DNA of 64,000 nt, from NCBI RefSeq assembly GCF_001194135.2, contig NC_068992.1, forward strand, positions 2,998,597 to 3,062,596. The letters are read 5' to 3'. This document shows positions 38,401 to 50,741 of this stretch, piece by piece (within the stretch, counting starts at the first letter, position 1; every line of letters starts with the position of its first letter). This DNA is from Octopus bimaculoides (Eukaryota). Below the pieces are notes generated by a model. That model worked only from the letters and a program-made list of their open reading frames with translations. It was not told where the DNA came from and did not search any database. The translations under genes and the position numbers were made by a program.

Positions 38401-39777
38401 AATATCAGTAAATATCATTTAGGAATGCTACAAAATAACTTGTAATTTTCACTATGATATTCACACGGTAGTCTGGTAGAAAAGGGTGGATTCAAGGGAA
38501 AATATGAAACAAAATGTGTTAGATTTTGAAGAAAAGTGTGAATTCTGTAATAATATTAAAACTAATTTCACCTCAGCTATTGTCTTGATCAATTAATAAT
38601 GTCTGTATATTCTTCAATAATTGTTGGAATCTTTTGTAACAACATTTAGAAGCAAACGTGAATTAAACTTAAATGCCACTTCTTACTAGTACCAAGCTAG
38701 AATCCAGTAATCTTTAAAGATGACAATACACAGCTATTGACTAAAATAAAAAAGTTTAGGAGTTTGTTGTTTAGTTTGAAGTATGGTTAAGCTAAATAAG
38801 TGGCTTTCAACGAGGGTCCATGTGGCCCTTAGATGGGGCCAAATAAGAATTTGTTGTTAAAATTTATGTGCATTAACTTGCTTCATCATCATACATCCAC
38901 TTTCTATGCTGGCATGGGTTGGATGGTTTCACTGAGGACTGGTGAGCCAGAGGCTGCACCAGGCTCAATCTGTTCTGGCAAAGTTTCTAAAGCTGGATGC
39001 CCTTCCTATAAAGCCAACTACGCCAAGATTGTGTTGGGTGCTACCTGCATGGGAGCCAGTCTGGTGGCACTGGCAACGACCATGCTCGAAAGTTGTTTCC
39101 CATGTGCCGGTAAGGAGACGCTGACAACAATAACGCACGAATGGTGCTTTTCACGTGTCACTGGCACGGGAGCCAATTTGTGGCCCTGGCAACGATCACA
39201 CTCAGATGTGCTTTAAACATTCCACTGGCATGAGTGTCAATCAGGTGGTAGTGTCATAGGCCATGTCAGCATTCTATAATACAGAAAATAATTTAATTTT
39301 TTTATAGTTTTTAATGATAGTTAATTATAAAAATATAGTTGAATTTATATATATATATACATACATATGTGCCACCCGCACAAGAGCCAGTCCAGGGGCC
39401 CTGGCCAAGTGAGATCGTTGCCAGGGCCCCTNNNNNNNNNNNNNNNNNNNNNNNNNNNNNNNNNNNNNNNNNNNNNNNNNNNNNNNNNNNNNNNNNNNNN
39501 NNNNNNNNNNNNNNNNNNNNNNNNNNNNNNNNNNNNNNNNNNNNNNNNNNNNNNNNNNNNNNNNNNNNNNNNNNNNNNNNNNNNNNNNNNNNNNNNNNNN
39601 NNNNNNNNNNNNNNNNNNNNNNNNNNNNNNNNNNNNNNNNNNNNNNNNNNNNNNNNNNNNNNNNNNNNNNNNNNNNNNNNNNNNNNNNNNNNNNNNNNNN
39701 NNNNNNNNNNNNNNNNNNNNNNNNNNNNNNNNNNNNNNNNNNNNNNNNNNNNNNNNNNNNNNNNNNNNNNNNNNNNN

Positions 39778-40465
39778 CATCTCTCCCCTCCCCCCTCCTG
39801 CTTCGACTTCTCTATGTCTCTTCACCTCTCATTTCTACTTCTCTTCACCCCTACTCTTTCTCTCCTCTCTTACTCTCTCTCACTCTCCTCTCTCTTCCTC
39901 TTTCTCCCCCTCCCATACCCACCTACCCCTTCATCGTCAACCCCCTCATAAGCTCATCCCACCACACCCCTACTCTACCTTCCCACTCCACCCCATCCAA
40001 TTCCTTACACCCACCACCCACATACCCCTACCTCTACCCCCACCTTCAGCCTAACCCACACTCCACCCCCACCTCCCATCACATCACACCATCACACAAC
40101 GCACACACTACAACTGACCAACTCCTTTCTCCCCTCCCCATTTTCACACATACATACGTCAAGATCACCAGCATTCTATCTCTCTCACACACAGCCCCTC
40201 GTTCTTCGATCACCGTTCTTTTTTCCCCTTTGTTAGCTCTCCTGTGTAAAATTTCTAACTTCCGGTCAGCCAATACTATGATTGACCGTTGACTGAACAC
40301 TATTCAATTTTTTTTCTCCGTGTTTTTCTCCTTGTCTCCGTATTCTTTCTGTTGAAGAGCGTAGCTCGAAACGTTAGACATTCCGTATTCCCGAGCGTCA
40401 TACTAATACACCCTCTTGTTGTTTACACCACCTGTCCTCGTCTGTTGTTGTTTTTTCGTACATTC
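39778..40465 (+). mobile_element. C-rich repeat ending in a hammerhead-like motif; possible Penelope-type terminal repeat
   Basis: Pyrimidine/C-rich body next to an N-gap, then ctgttgaagagcgtagctcgaaacgttagac; classification is inference from the motif. Confidence 0.4.
40346..40378 (+). ncRNA. Variant minimal hammerhead-like motif
   Basis: ttt CTGTTGA a GAGC-gta-GCTC GAAA CG TT aga; same layout as the SINE motif but A6 replaced by U. Confidence 0.45.
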
Positions 40466-40642
40466 TCCCATATATGCATATATATGCATATATATATGCA
40501 TATATATATATATATATATGAATATATATGCATATATATNNNNNNNNNNTATATATATATACACACACACACATATATATATATCTATACATATGTGTAT
40601 ATACACATATGTATGTATATATATATGCATATATATATATGC

Positions 40643-40675
<33 letters not shown>

Positions 40676-40854
40676 TATCTACACATATGTATATATGTAT
40701 ATATACACGTATATATATATATGTATATATACATACACATATGTATGTATATATACATACACATATGTATATACACATATGTGTATGTATATATACATAC
40801 ACATATGTATATACACATATGTATGTATATATATGCACATATGTATGTAGTTTA

Positions 40855-42020
40855 TCCCTGGAACTTTCCAGGAATCCGGATTTTTCCAAGAAATTCTTGG
40901 AAATTTCCAGGGATCCTCGGATGTTTCCAGGAAGTAGCTCATCCACGGATATTTCCAGGAAGTAGCTTATAATCCTAGGAACTTTCCAGGAAGTAGCTCA
41001 TCCACGCATATTTCCATCAAGTAGCTTATAATCCTCGGAACTTTCCAGGAAGTAGCTCAACCTCGGACATTTCCCGGTAAACCTTGGAACTTTCCAGGAA
41101 GTACCATGTTTGGAATTTCTAGGAAGCGGCTTATCCACGGAACTGTCCGTGGGAACCTCGGAACTTTCCATGACATCCAGCAAATCCTCAGATTTTTCCA
41201 GGGAATCCTCGGAATTTTCAAAGACGTAGCTTATCCTTGGATATTTCCAGGAAATCATCGGAACTTTCCCTGAAGCACCATCCTCTAAACTTTCCAGGAA
41301 GTAGCTCGACCTCGGATGTTTCCTGTATATATATATATTACTATATAAAGTGTATTGCCACTTAACTGTGGCTGACCCCTCGGGGTGGATGTTACTGTTG
41401 CTTTAGCCCCAGGAGGACATCTCCTCCAGCTGGCTTATCGACACACTACTGTGTCCTGTTTATTTTGCCAAGCGAAGTTATCCCTCTCATCGTGACGATC
41501 ACGATGAGAGGGATAACTTTCCTTGTCAAAACAAACAGGACACAGTAGTGTGTCGATAAGCCAGCTGGAGGAGATGTCCTCCTGGGGCTAAAGCAACAGT
41601 AACATCCACCCCGAGGGGTCAGCCACTTCACTTTATCGTGCAGTTACTGTTAATACTTAATCTAGAGAATTAACATTGCTTATATATATATATATATATA
41701 AGGAAATATATACATAGAAAATAAATATATAAACAAATAAACATAAATATATATATATAAACATATAAATATATATATAAATAAATATAGAGAGAGAGGG
41801 AAATAAATATATATAAATATATATATATATATAAATGTTTCCTGGTAATCCTTGGAACTTTCTAGGAAACCCTCGGAACTTTCCCGGAAGTACCATGCTC
41901 GGAATTTCTAGAAAGTGGCTTGTCCTCGGAAATTTCCATGAAACTCTCGGAACTTTCGAGGAAGTCCTTGGAATTTTTCTGGAAGTACCATCCTGGAAAT
42001 TTCCTGGAAGTTGCTCACGA
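40855..42020. repeat. Degenerate tandem array of ctcggaactttccaggaagtagct-like units (40855-41325 and 41837-42020), split by a palindrome and AT tracts
   Basis: Units directly visible and in the same orientation in both blocks. Confidence 0.85.
41368..41626. repeat. Near-perfect palindrome, 128-bp arms with a 3-nt loop
   Basis: gtggctgacccctcgggg...ctcatcgtga-cga-tcacgatgag...ccccgaggggtcagccac; the few mismatches lie in one short internal patch. Confidence 0.95.
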
Positions 42021-42537
42021 AGTGATTAGTTTGTTCTACTGAAATACAGATAGTTATAAAGTGATTTGCCTTGAGAAGAAAGAAAAGGAATCTATCATTT
42101 CAGATAGAAAACTCTTTCAGGGGATATTGTTTCTCTGATGATAAACTTTACTGATGGTGATTGTGTGAACTGATATTGGCCTGTGAATTGAAATACTCTA
42201 GGTATGATTTTGAAGAATGCTTGGGGATTTTGAAGAATGCTTGGGTATTATTGAAAATAATGCCTCTTGAAGTAATCATTGAGATGAAAGCTATGTATAG
42301 AAAATGGTGGTGTTTTCAAGTTAGAAGTGAAAGTGATCAGTGACTTGGAATTGGGTGGGATCCTATTATGAATGTACAACCTTAGATAAAGAGGAAATTG
42401 CTGGGTGGAAGGAAGATTTTAATCTTGTGCAGGTTTTTGTCACTATTTAAAAAGAGAAGGAAGCATTGGGAAGGGTCAAAGTAGTAACCAGGAGTTTTCT
42501 TCAACTCTGTTCTTTACCAAAGTGCAGATATTTATTC

Positions 42538-42945
42538 GTACACAATGTTTCAGCTGATATACCCTCCAGCCTCCATCAGGTGTCTTGGGGAAATTTCGAA
42601 CCTGAGTTCTCATTCTTAAGGTATTTTTCGATATTATTATTATTATCATTATTATGGTCACTGCCTGGAATTGAACTCAGAATCTTGGGGTTAGTAGCCC
42701 GTGCTCTTAACCCCAAGATTCCGAGTTTGATTACAGACAGTGACCTGAATAATAATAGTAATAATAACAACAACATGGAAAAATACCTTAGGAATGAGAA
42801 CTCAGTGTTCCCCCAAAACACCTGATGAAGGCTAGAGGGTACATCAGTTGAAATGTTGCGTTAACAACAAACAAGATGAGGACAAATATTTGTCACATGT
42901 AAATAATGTACATAATTCCTCATTTCTTAAATATAGAACTGAAAT
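42538..42945. mobile_element. Head-to-head inverted pair of tRNA-head/hammerhead SINEs (pair 3)
   Basis: - arm about 42540-42710, + arm about 42711-42942; junction at taacc microhomology; 10/12 flanking repeat agatatttattc / agatatatgttc. Confidence 0.85.
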
Positions 42946-43820
42946 AGATATATGTTCCAGGATTGATATTGCTAATGATGTAACTATGATAGAAGTGGTA
43001 CAAGCAATTTATTGACTTAAAGAATATATTTTGGCATCAATTAAAAAAAAGAAAATAACCTACCAGAAGCAAAATATTTGCACATTATACTGGAAATGCT
43101 TTCAGAACTTTATAAAAGAAAGAATCAATTGACATGACCATTGTTTCTGGAGGTATTTATCCAGCTCTCTCTTGTAAAGAGATGATTTATGAAGTTTTAT
43201 AAGTATGTTGTTGTTTTATTTCATTACAAAAAACAAACAGGTACATTTTTTTCTCATACTACTTAACGATACTCACTTTTTTCAGTTGTGTGGGTGGAAT
43301 ATGTTTTTCAAGTTTGGATATTTGCTATTACAGGAATTTGCATTTAGCTCTAGGTTTAATGAAGTTCAACTGAACCAAAAATCTGCTATAAGATGGACAT
43401 GTCCTAAGAAGAAGCTCAACAGCCTTACAGCAGTTCCATAACAATTCACAACCATTCTTTTGATTTGTTTAAATATTACATTTTTGTTTTTGTGAGATTC
43501 CTTATGTGAAATCGTATGTTCAAACAGATATTGTTATATTTCAGAATGGTCTTTTTTTTTTTTTGCCAAAACGGAGGATGGAGGCTGAAGAAATTGCGGG
43601 ATGTGTGACAAAAGACTTCCAAACAAAAGACATAAAATGAGAACAATAATAAGCCTGGAGCGAAGAATAAATATATAGTGCATGTGTTTATTTTGAAAAA
43701 AAATGACCATCCTAAAATATAAAATAAATATTTACGATGATGATGATAATGACTTATGTTTAATAAATTAATTGAAATAATGCTGCAAATTCTTTAATAT
43801 TTTTCTTCCTTTCTTTGCAG

Positions 43821-43948
43821 GTCATAAAAACCACAATGACAAACGTAGTGAAGAAAGTAATTTTTCACCACAACTACTCCCATTCAGCCTATTTTGTGTC
43901 TTGTTAACCCAAGTGATATGTTGGGGTCTCATCAAATTTATATCCTGA
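43821..43948 (+). CDS. Candidate terminal exon with GPI-signal-like tail (HKNHNDKRSEESNFSPQLLPFSLFCVLLTQVICWGLIKFIS*)
   Basis: Very strong acceptor ttttcttcctttctttgcag|; the phase 1 frame gives a polar spacer plus terminal hydrophobic stretch; AATAAA at 44014-44019. An alternative 36-nt internal exon ending at gtaatt cannot be excluded. Confidence 0.4.
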
Positions 43949-46081
43949 CCATGAAGCTTACGGGAAAGATGAACAGAATGGAGAGGAAGGATAGATGGGA
44001 ATACAGACTTAAAAATAAAGAAAAACACACCAGTTTATAAGATTTATAAACAGCCTAAAAAAAGTCAGAAGCAACAGCAGATTTTGAGAGTATTTTGCAC
44101 ACACAGATGGCTGCCAAACCGAAGAACATCTTTTATATTGGAACTTATATATACTTTCACACATACTTACAAATGCATGCATACATACTCATAGGCTGAA
44201 TATAAACATGTATGTGTGCATTAATAAGATTTTTTTTGCATAAATCCTAACAAATATGTTAAGATTTACATACATATATGTATGTTTATATATGCATACA
44301 TATGTATGCGTGTGTGTGTGTGTGTGGTCCTTGCAGTAGAAAATGGTGAGCTCTTAGCATAAGTTTAGCAAACTGTAATACCCAGATTCATCAAGAGAAC
44401 AACACTGAATGACATTTCACAGCTGTTGCTATTACCATCCACTGAAGCATCCTGTAACTAAATGTCGATTGCTGCATAGAGCACACCGGTCTGTCTCATC
44501 ACTATCAGTCCTCCTATGCCCTTTGACCTGATTTGCTTTTTTTTTTTTTTTCATTTTGATTTATTATATTTAGCAAACTAGTTTAAACTGTGTCATCATC
44601 CCCACAGAAAAATTTTATATAATCCTTTCTTCTCTCTCTCTCTCTCACACACAATTACTACTAAATGAAATTCAATGTTATTGCTGGAGATTTTTCTGTT
44701 ATATGGTATTGATATGCAATAATTACAGCAACATTGTCATTATTAGTAGCAAGCTAGGTAAGAACCATATACATAACTATTTAACTATGTTCTGTTATGA
44801 AAGATTGCTGATTTTTATTCGACTTCTCTAAAAGAATTAAACAGAAATTACTGAATCTGGTTGTGGATTGCCCCTTTCCCCTTAATAAATAATTAAAAAT
44901 AAGAAAACAGGTCACAAAATCACTTCTCTCTATCTAAGTGGAGTTTCATGACGATGGGTGTTAAACCGTTCAGTTGTTAGAAATAGCCACTAAAGGAATG
45001 CCACCACCATCATTTTATATAAGTTTCTTCATTATCATTATGAGAACAAACTCTTTCTGAAGGTATTAAAGGATTATAAATTATAAGTTTCATAACACAA
45101 ATGTCTTGAATGAACTTAATATATTTGAGCTTTAACAAGATTTATTACAAAGTTAAACTGAATTTGCTTTGCAAGTTGCAAACAGAAATCTTAAAACTTC
45201 TATAAAGTAAATAATGTGTGTATCGATGAACGATATTAAGATAGTATTCATCATAATGACAGTTTAAGATAATATTCATAATAATGACAATATTAATATC
45301 TGTCATCATAATTCATCAGATTTTGCTTGGATTTTGAATGAAGGCAGAAAAATATATATATATATTAAAGAAATTCATTAATATTTACATGAGAAGTTTA
45401 AGAAAGCAATTTGAAAATACTGAGAAATTTATGAATTTATTTCTCTGAATTCTAATATTTGCAAACATGGAAACAAGCTGGACCAACACTAAACACTCAC
45501 ATCTGCTAGAGTCCAGACTTGTGTGTATGTATGTATATATATACATGTCACTTTATTTATTCTAGCATTTTAAGTTTTGCTTTTAATTATTAATGTTTTG
45601 TTTTATGGCCTTACATATTTACAAGCAAAAGAAGAAATCATTTTCCCACCTCTTTGAAACATCATTTTTATTAAAGCTAACATACTCCAACCTGAACCCC
45701 CCCCCCCCCCNNNNNNNNNNNNNNNNNNNNNNNNNNNNNNNNNNNCCACCTACTATCTTTATCATGAAAAAATGTCAAATTGGATATTTGAGGGTCTGCC
45801 TTATTAGCAATGCAAGTGAATTAGACAAGGTTAAAGATGGAGCAGAGAGAAAGGTAAGAGGTGAAAGAAGACAGTGTTGAAAAGATACACAAATCTATTG
45901 AACTGAGAGGACGAGGTGGAGGAGGAGGATAAGGAGGAGTACACGAATGGAAAAGGAGTTGGGTTTTACTATTCTTAATTTTTTTTTTTTTTTTTTTTTT
46001 AATAATCATTATTTAGGACCAATCTTGGATAACACAATACCAAATTATTGAAGTGCTTTGCACTCGAAAACATTGGCAAAC

Positions 46082-46132
46082 CTGAAGTAGGCTGTGGAAA
46101 GTTTGGGCCCCGAGTGTGCATTGAGAAATCTC
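46082..46132 (-). CDS. Candidate 51-nt exon on the - strand; frame unresolved
   Basis: ctgttgtttctttgctcag| ... |gtttgc; all three frames open. Confidence 0.3.
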
Positions 46133-48081
46133 CTGAGCAAAGAAACAACAGAGATTGATAACTTTGTTTTTTTTTTTTAGTTGAATGGAGCTTTCTGAGG
46201 GGAAGGGAGGTCTATCTAAGAATTGGAAATTTTTTCTGTGTTCTTGTATAAAATACATTTATTTTATTCCATTTTTTTGTTTGAAGTATTAAAAAAAAAA
46301 AACATTAAAAAAAATATAAATTTGAAGGAAAAATTGATTTCATCACTGGCNNNNNNNNNNNNNNNNNNNNNNNNNNNNNNNNNNNNNNNNNNNNNNNNNN
46401 NNNNNNNNNNNNNNNNNNNNNNNNNNNNNNNNNNNNNNNNNNNNNNNNNNNNNNNNNNNNNNNNNNNNNNNNNNNNNNNNNNNNNNNNNNNNNNNNNNNN
46501 NNNNNNNNNNNNNNNNNNNNNNNNNNNNNNNNNNNNNNNNNNNNNNNNNNNNNNNNNNNNNNNNNNNNNNNNNNNNNNNNNNNNNNNNNNNNNNNNNNNN
46601 NNNNNNNNNNNNNNNNNNNNNNNNNNNNNNNNNNNNNNNNNNNNNNNNNNNNNNNNNNNNNNNNNNNNNNNNNNNNNNNNNNNNNNNNNNNNNNNNNNNN
46701 NNNNNNNNNNNNNNNNNNNNNNNNNNNNNNNNNNNNNNNNNNNNNNNNNNNNNNNNNNNNNNNNNNNNNNNNNNNNNTAACTGGAAGCAAACTTGATACT
46801 AAAATTGTCAACATACTTTCTGCATCAGAAGAACAACAATTAAAACAAGAATATTGAGGAGAAAATGGAAGCCATCATTTTTAATAAATAGAAAAAATTG
46901 AAGGAATTAATAGATTTCTGTTTAAAAAAATAAAATCCAGAAACAAAATATTTGACAAGCAAAAAGGAAACTATTTCTCAGGTTAGCTTTTGGAACATAT
47001 TTCAGAAAAAAGCAAAAATGCTGGTAAAATTGACTCCAAATTTGTTGTGGCATGGACTGGTGCTTACTGTCAACACAATCAACAATCTATTGTCTGGTGA
47101 ATTGAAGACAAAGATTCTAGCATTCAGGAACTGATCATTGTGTTTAAAGTGGAACTAACACTAACAACGCAATCACAAAGAATAAAGTATAACAATAGAA
47201 ATAATCACAAATATTTTGAGTAAAAAAATGTTATTAACTATGGTAGAGTCCGAACAAAAGTAAATAAATCCATCAAAATGTAACAAAAGATTTTTTTTTC
47301 ATTTGGATTAGATTTCTTAATATAACAAAGACCATATCAAACTGTTGGCATTAGATTTCCAGTTTGAAACTAAAATTTAAGAGGCTTCTTTTTTATTTCT
47401 TTAAATTTATTTAAAAGAAAATGTTTCCCAGTCCTTTCAAAAATTTTTATATATGTATAAAATATATATATAAAGAAAAAACTGAAAGTATATAAAAAGA
47501 ACAAGGATATACGCCTTATGTTAAATATACAAAAAAAAAACAAGGATATGAAGCTGCAAATAAACATACATACAAACACATATATAAATCTATCTATATA
47601 TATATATGTTTGTGTGTATATATATATATATATATTTATATATATTTATATATATATATATGTATGTGTATATATATATGTGTATGTATATATATATACA
47701 CAATAAGTAGGAAGTGTTTGATAGTGAGACAGAATAAGTGAGAAATGTTTAATGGCTGGATCAAAGCATTCAAATAGGAAACTGAAAATAACCTACTATT
47801 TAGCTATGTTAATTCTATAACTGTTTAGCTAAGAAAACACTTTCACCAACCAAATCAAATGGATTAGTAACTACTGCCAGACAAATGACAAAATAAACCA
47901 CATAAAACAAATGTGTTCAGGTAGATCAAAGTAAATTAGTTTAAGGGGCATTTAGCCGTAGACGAACAGACAAGTTATATAAAGACTTGTTTTGATGCTG
48001 GTTTGTTGTTTGTTTCATTATTTTATCTTTAATTTTTCATTTACTCTCACTCTCTTACGGCTCTATTTCATTGTAACATAC

Positions 48082-48126
48082 CTGTTGTTTGATAGCTGCT
48101 GCAACAGACAGCATCAAATGCCTGGC
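48082..48126 (-). CDS. Candidate 45-nt exon on the - strand (ARHLMLSVAAAIKQQ or QAFDAVCCSSYQTT)
   Basis: cattttatag| ... cag|gtatgt, a near-consensus donor. Confidence 0.4.
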
Positions 48127-48781
48127 CTATAAAATGTTGATTAATAAACCAGCTTCCTCGTATAAATAAATAACAAATCTATTCTATCCATGGCTGGACA
48201 TATAATTTTATGACAAAGCATATAGAAGGAAAAGTTGGAAAAATAAAAAAAAATGGCAACAAAATAATCGTTAATTGAAAGAAATGAGAAATTATCACAA
48301 TTTTCGTGGTTTAATTCTCATTTGTTTCGGTTCAATAAATTTGATTTGCTACAGATTCAAACAGAACCTTTAAAGATATCAGGTTGGTTCTCATTAATTG
48401 GGTTCTTTTTTTTTTTTTCTTTTTTTTTTTCTTTTTTGTAAATCTGTGTTTGTGCATGCTTTGAAATATACATAGGCATATATATATATATATATATATA
48501 TATGCAAATATATGTTTATATATATGTATATACATATACAAATATATAAACGTATGTATAAATACATATATACAAATATATATAATCATACATATGTGTG
48601 TGTATATATATATATATGTATAGGCATACTTACATGTATATACACATACATGTATGGATATACATACACACACACACACATTATATATATATATGGTATT
48701 TAAACCTACAAGATTAGATTACTGCACTATGTTTGCATTGAGTACTCCTCGGTTGTTTTCCAACATAGTGTGAAAATGTGA

Positions 48782-48826
<45 letters not shown>

Positions 48827-49086
48827 CACACATACATACATACATATATATTTATATGTATAGGGATTGCTGGACATTTGCATTCACAAATGGGAAAAAG
48901 TATTGAATAAATAAGGTGTTGTGTTTGTATTTTATTAGAATCTGAAGCTTCTTGGATTGTAGCTCTGAGTTTACACTGTTCTGATTCTGTAAACTATTTG
49001 AACAATTGTCAATGTGAAACTCAGGATTCAAAAACTTGTATCAGTATCTAATAATAATATATACAAATATATAATGTACGTATGTG

Positions 49087-49118
<32 letters not shown>

Positions 49119-50698
49119 TGTATGTGTGTGTAAAGATTGTGTGTATGTGTGCGTGAAACATATTTTAGAATTTCTTCTCAGCCTGACTCAGAATAAGGCA
49201 ATAAGAAGCAAATTCCAAATACTTGATGTTATGTATCCTCACAGGAAATTTTATGTTGACAATTTTACTGTTAAATGCTGTTATCAACTGTTTTTGATGA
49301 TTGAAAAAAAAAAAAACTTAGAAGCAAGAGAGAACAATAGCTTAATAGAAAATATATTTGTACTAAAGCTATCGACTCTTTTGATTATGATTATTATTAT
49401 TGTTATCAAACTTCATTAAACTTGGAAAAGAAAAATCAAAAGGAGAAAATATATAAGGAGGGAGGGATGACGGAGATAAAATTATTTTAACCAAAGCCCT
49501 TTAAAACAAACAAAAAAGTAGAATTTGGGGCCGTTGTTTTAATTTAATAAACAGTGAAAAGGAAAAGATTGAATGGCCCTTTCATTTTTCTGTGGCTTAT
49601 TAACAGAAAATACTGGTGTGGCCCTTGTTCAATCCTAGTGGAATTACAAAAATGGATTTTGTGTTTAGATATCCATGGACTCATTTATTGATTTATTTTG
49701 GCTTAGAGACATAGCCCCCCTCCCCAACACACACAGGATGAAAATATTATGAAGAATTGTGTGTATGTGTGCTTTGTTCAAACAAATGAATTATTTGAAA
49801 ATTTACTGAAAAAATTTCTCAAACAAAATAAAAGGAAAAAAATCAACTGTGCACAAATCATTTCAAATTCATATCTTTATATTTCTACATGTGTCTACCT
49901 GATTAACGACATGAAGACATTTAGCTATTTTATTTTGAAGATATTTGAAAGGAAAGTTCGAAGTATGGCTTTTTTTTAAATGTTATTTCTTATGATACAT
50001 GAGGTATGGCTAAGAGAAATAAAAATTGTTTGTTAATAAATATTTCAGTTTAAAAAGAGAATCAAATATAAATATGTCATCAGTTTTAAAAAATTTAGAA
50101 ATAAAAGCAATTATCATATCTCTCTCTCTCTCTTCCCAACTGAATCTTTTGTACCTAATTTTCCTGGTATGTTGGTTTGTTTGAACAGAAACAGTAAAAC
50201 AGATATAATAAAATCAGCAGAGCTTAAATCTCTTGCTGAGATATATTTTAAAGTAGAAATGGGAGCCAATTCAAGCCATTAATTACTTCACTACTATCAC
50301 TGATGACATTTCAAAGGCAATCAGTAAGACAACAGATCTGTCAAGATCTGTGATCCTGTGGCTAGAAAACAATTTCTTAAAATTAGAAGAATTCAAAGAA
50401 ATCACACAGAATTTACAATGGTTTCTTACATGCTTCAAATACAGTAAAAATAAGTCTTGAAATATATCTTTCCAAAACTAATGTGGTTCTGGTTTACCAA
50501 TGTACATAATCTTGCATTTAAGTTCAAAAATTACCTGAGTGATTCTTTTATTATTTAACATATTTAGAAGAAATTCTATTTTTCTGAAACAACAATAAAT
50601 GAATATATATATAATGTGTGTGTGTATATATGCGTGAGCATATAGGCACAAATTTCTATAAATATATACACACAGCTGAATATATACATATATATGAA

Positions 50699-50741
<43 letters not shown>

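Noticed and set aside
40855-41325. CRISPR-like repeat-spacer array
   Set aside because: Units are degenerate, there are no unique equal-length spacers or cas genes, and the context is eukaryotic.
46950-47140. GKIDSKFVVAWTGAY resembling a gypsy integrase C-terminal motif
   Set aside because: Single weak motif with no other LTR-element evidence.
50300-50460. ITDD...WLENNFLKL resembling an RT YADD region
   Set aside because: Too degenerate to call.
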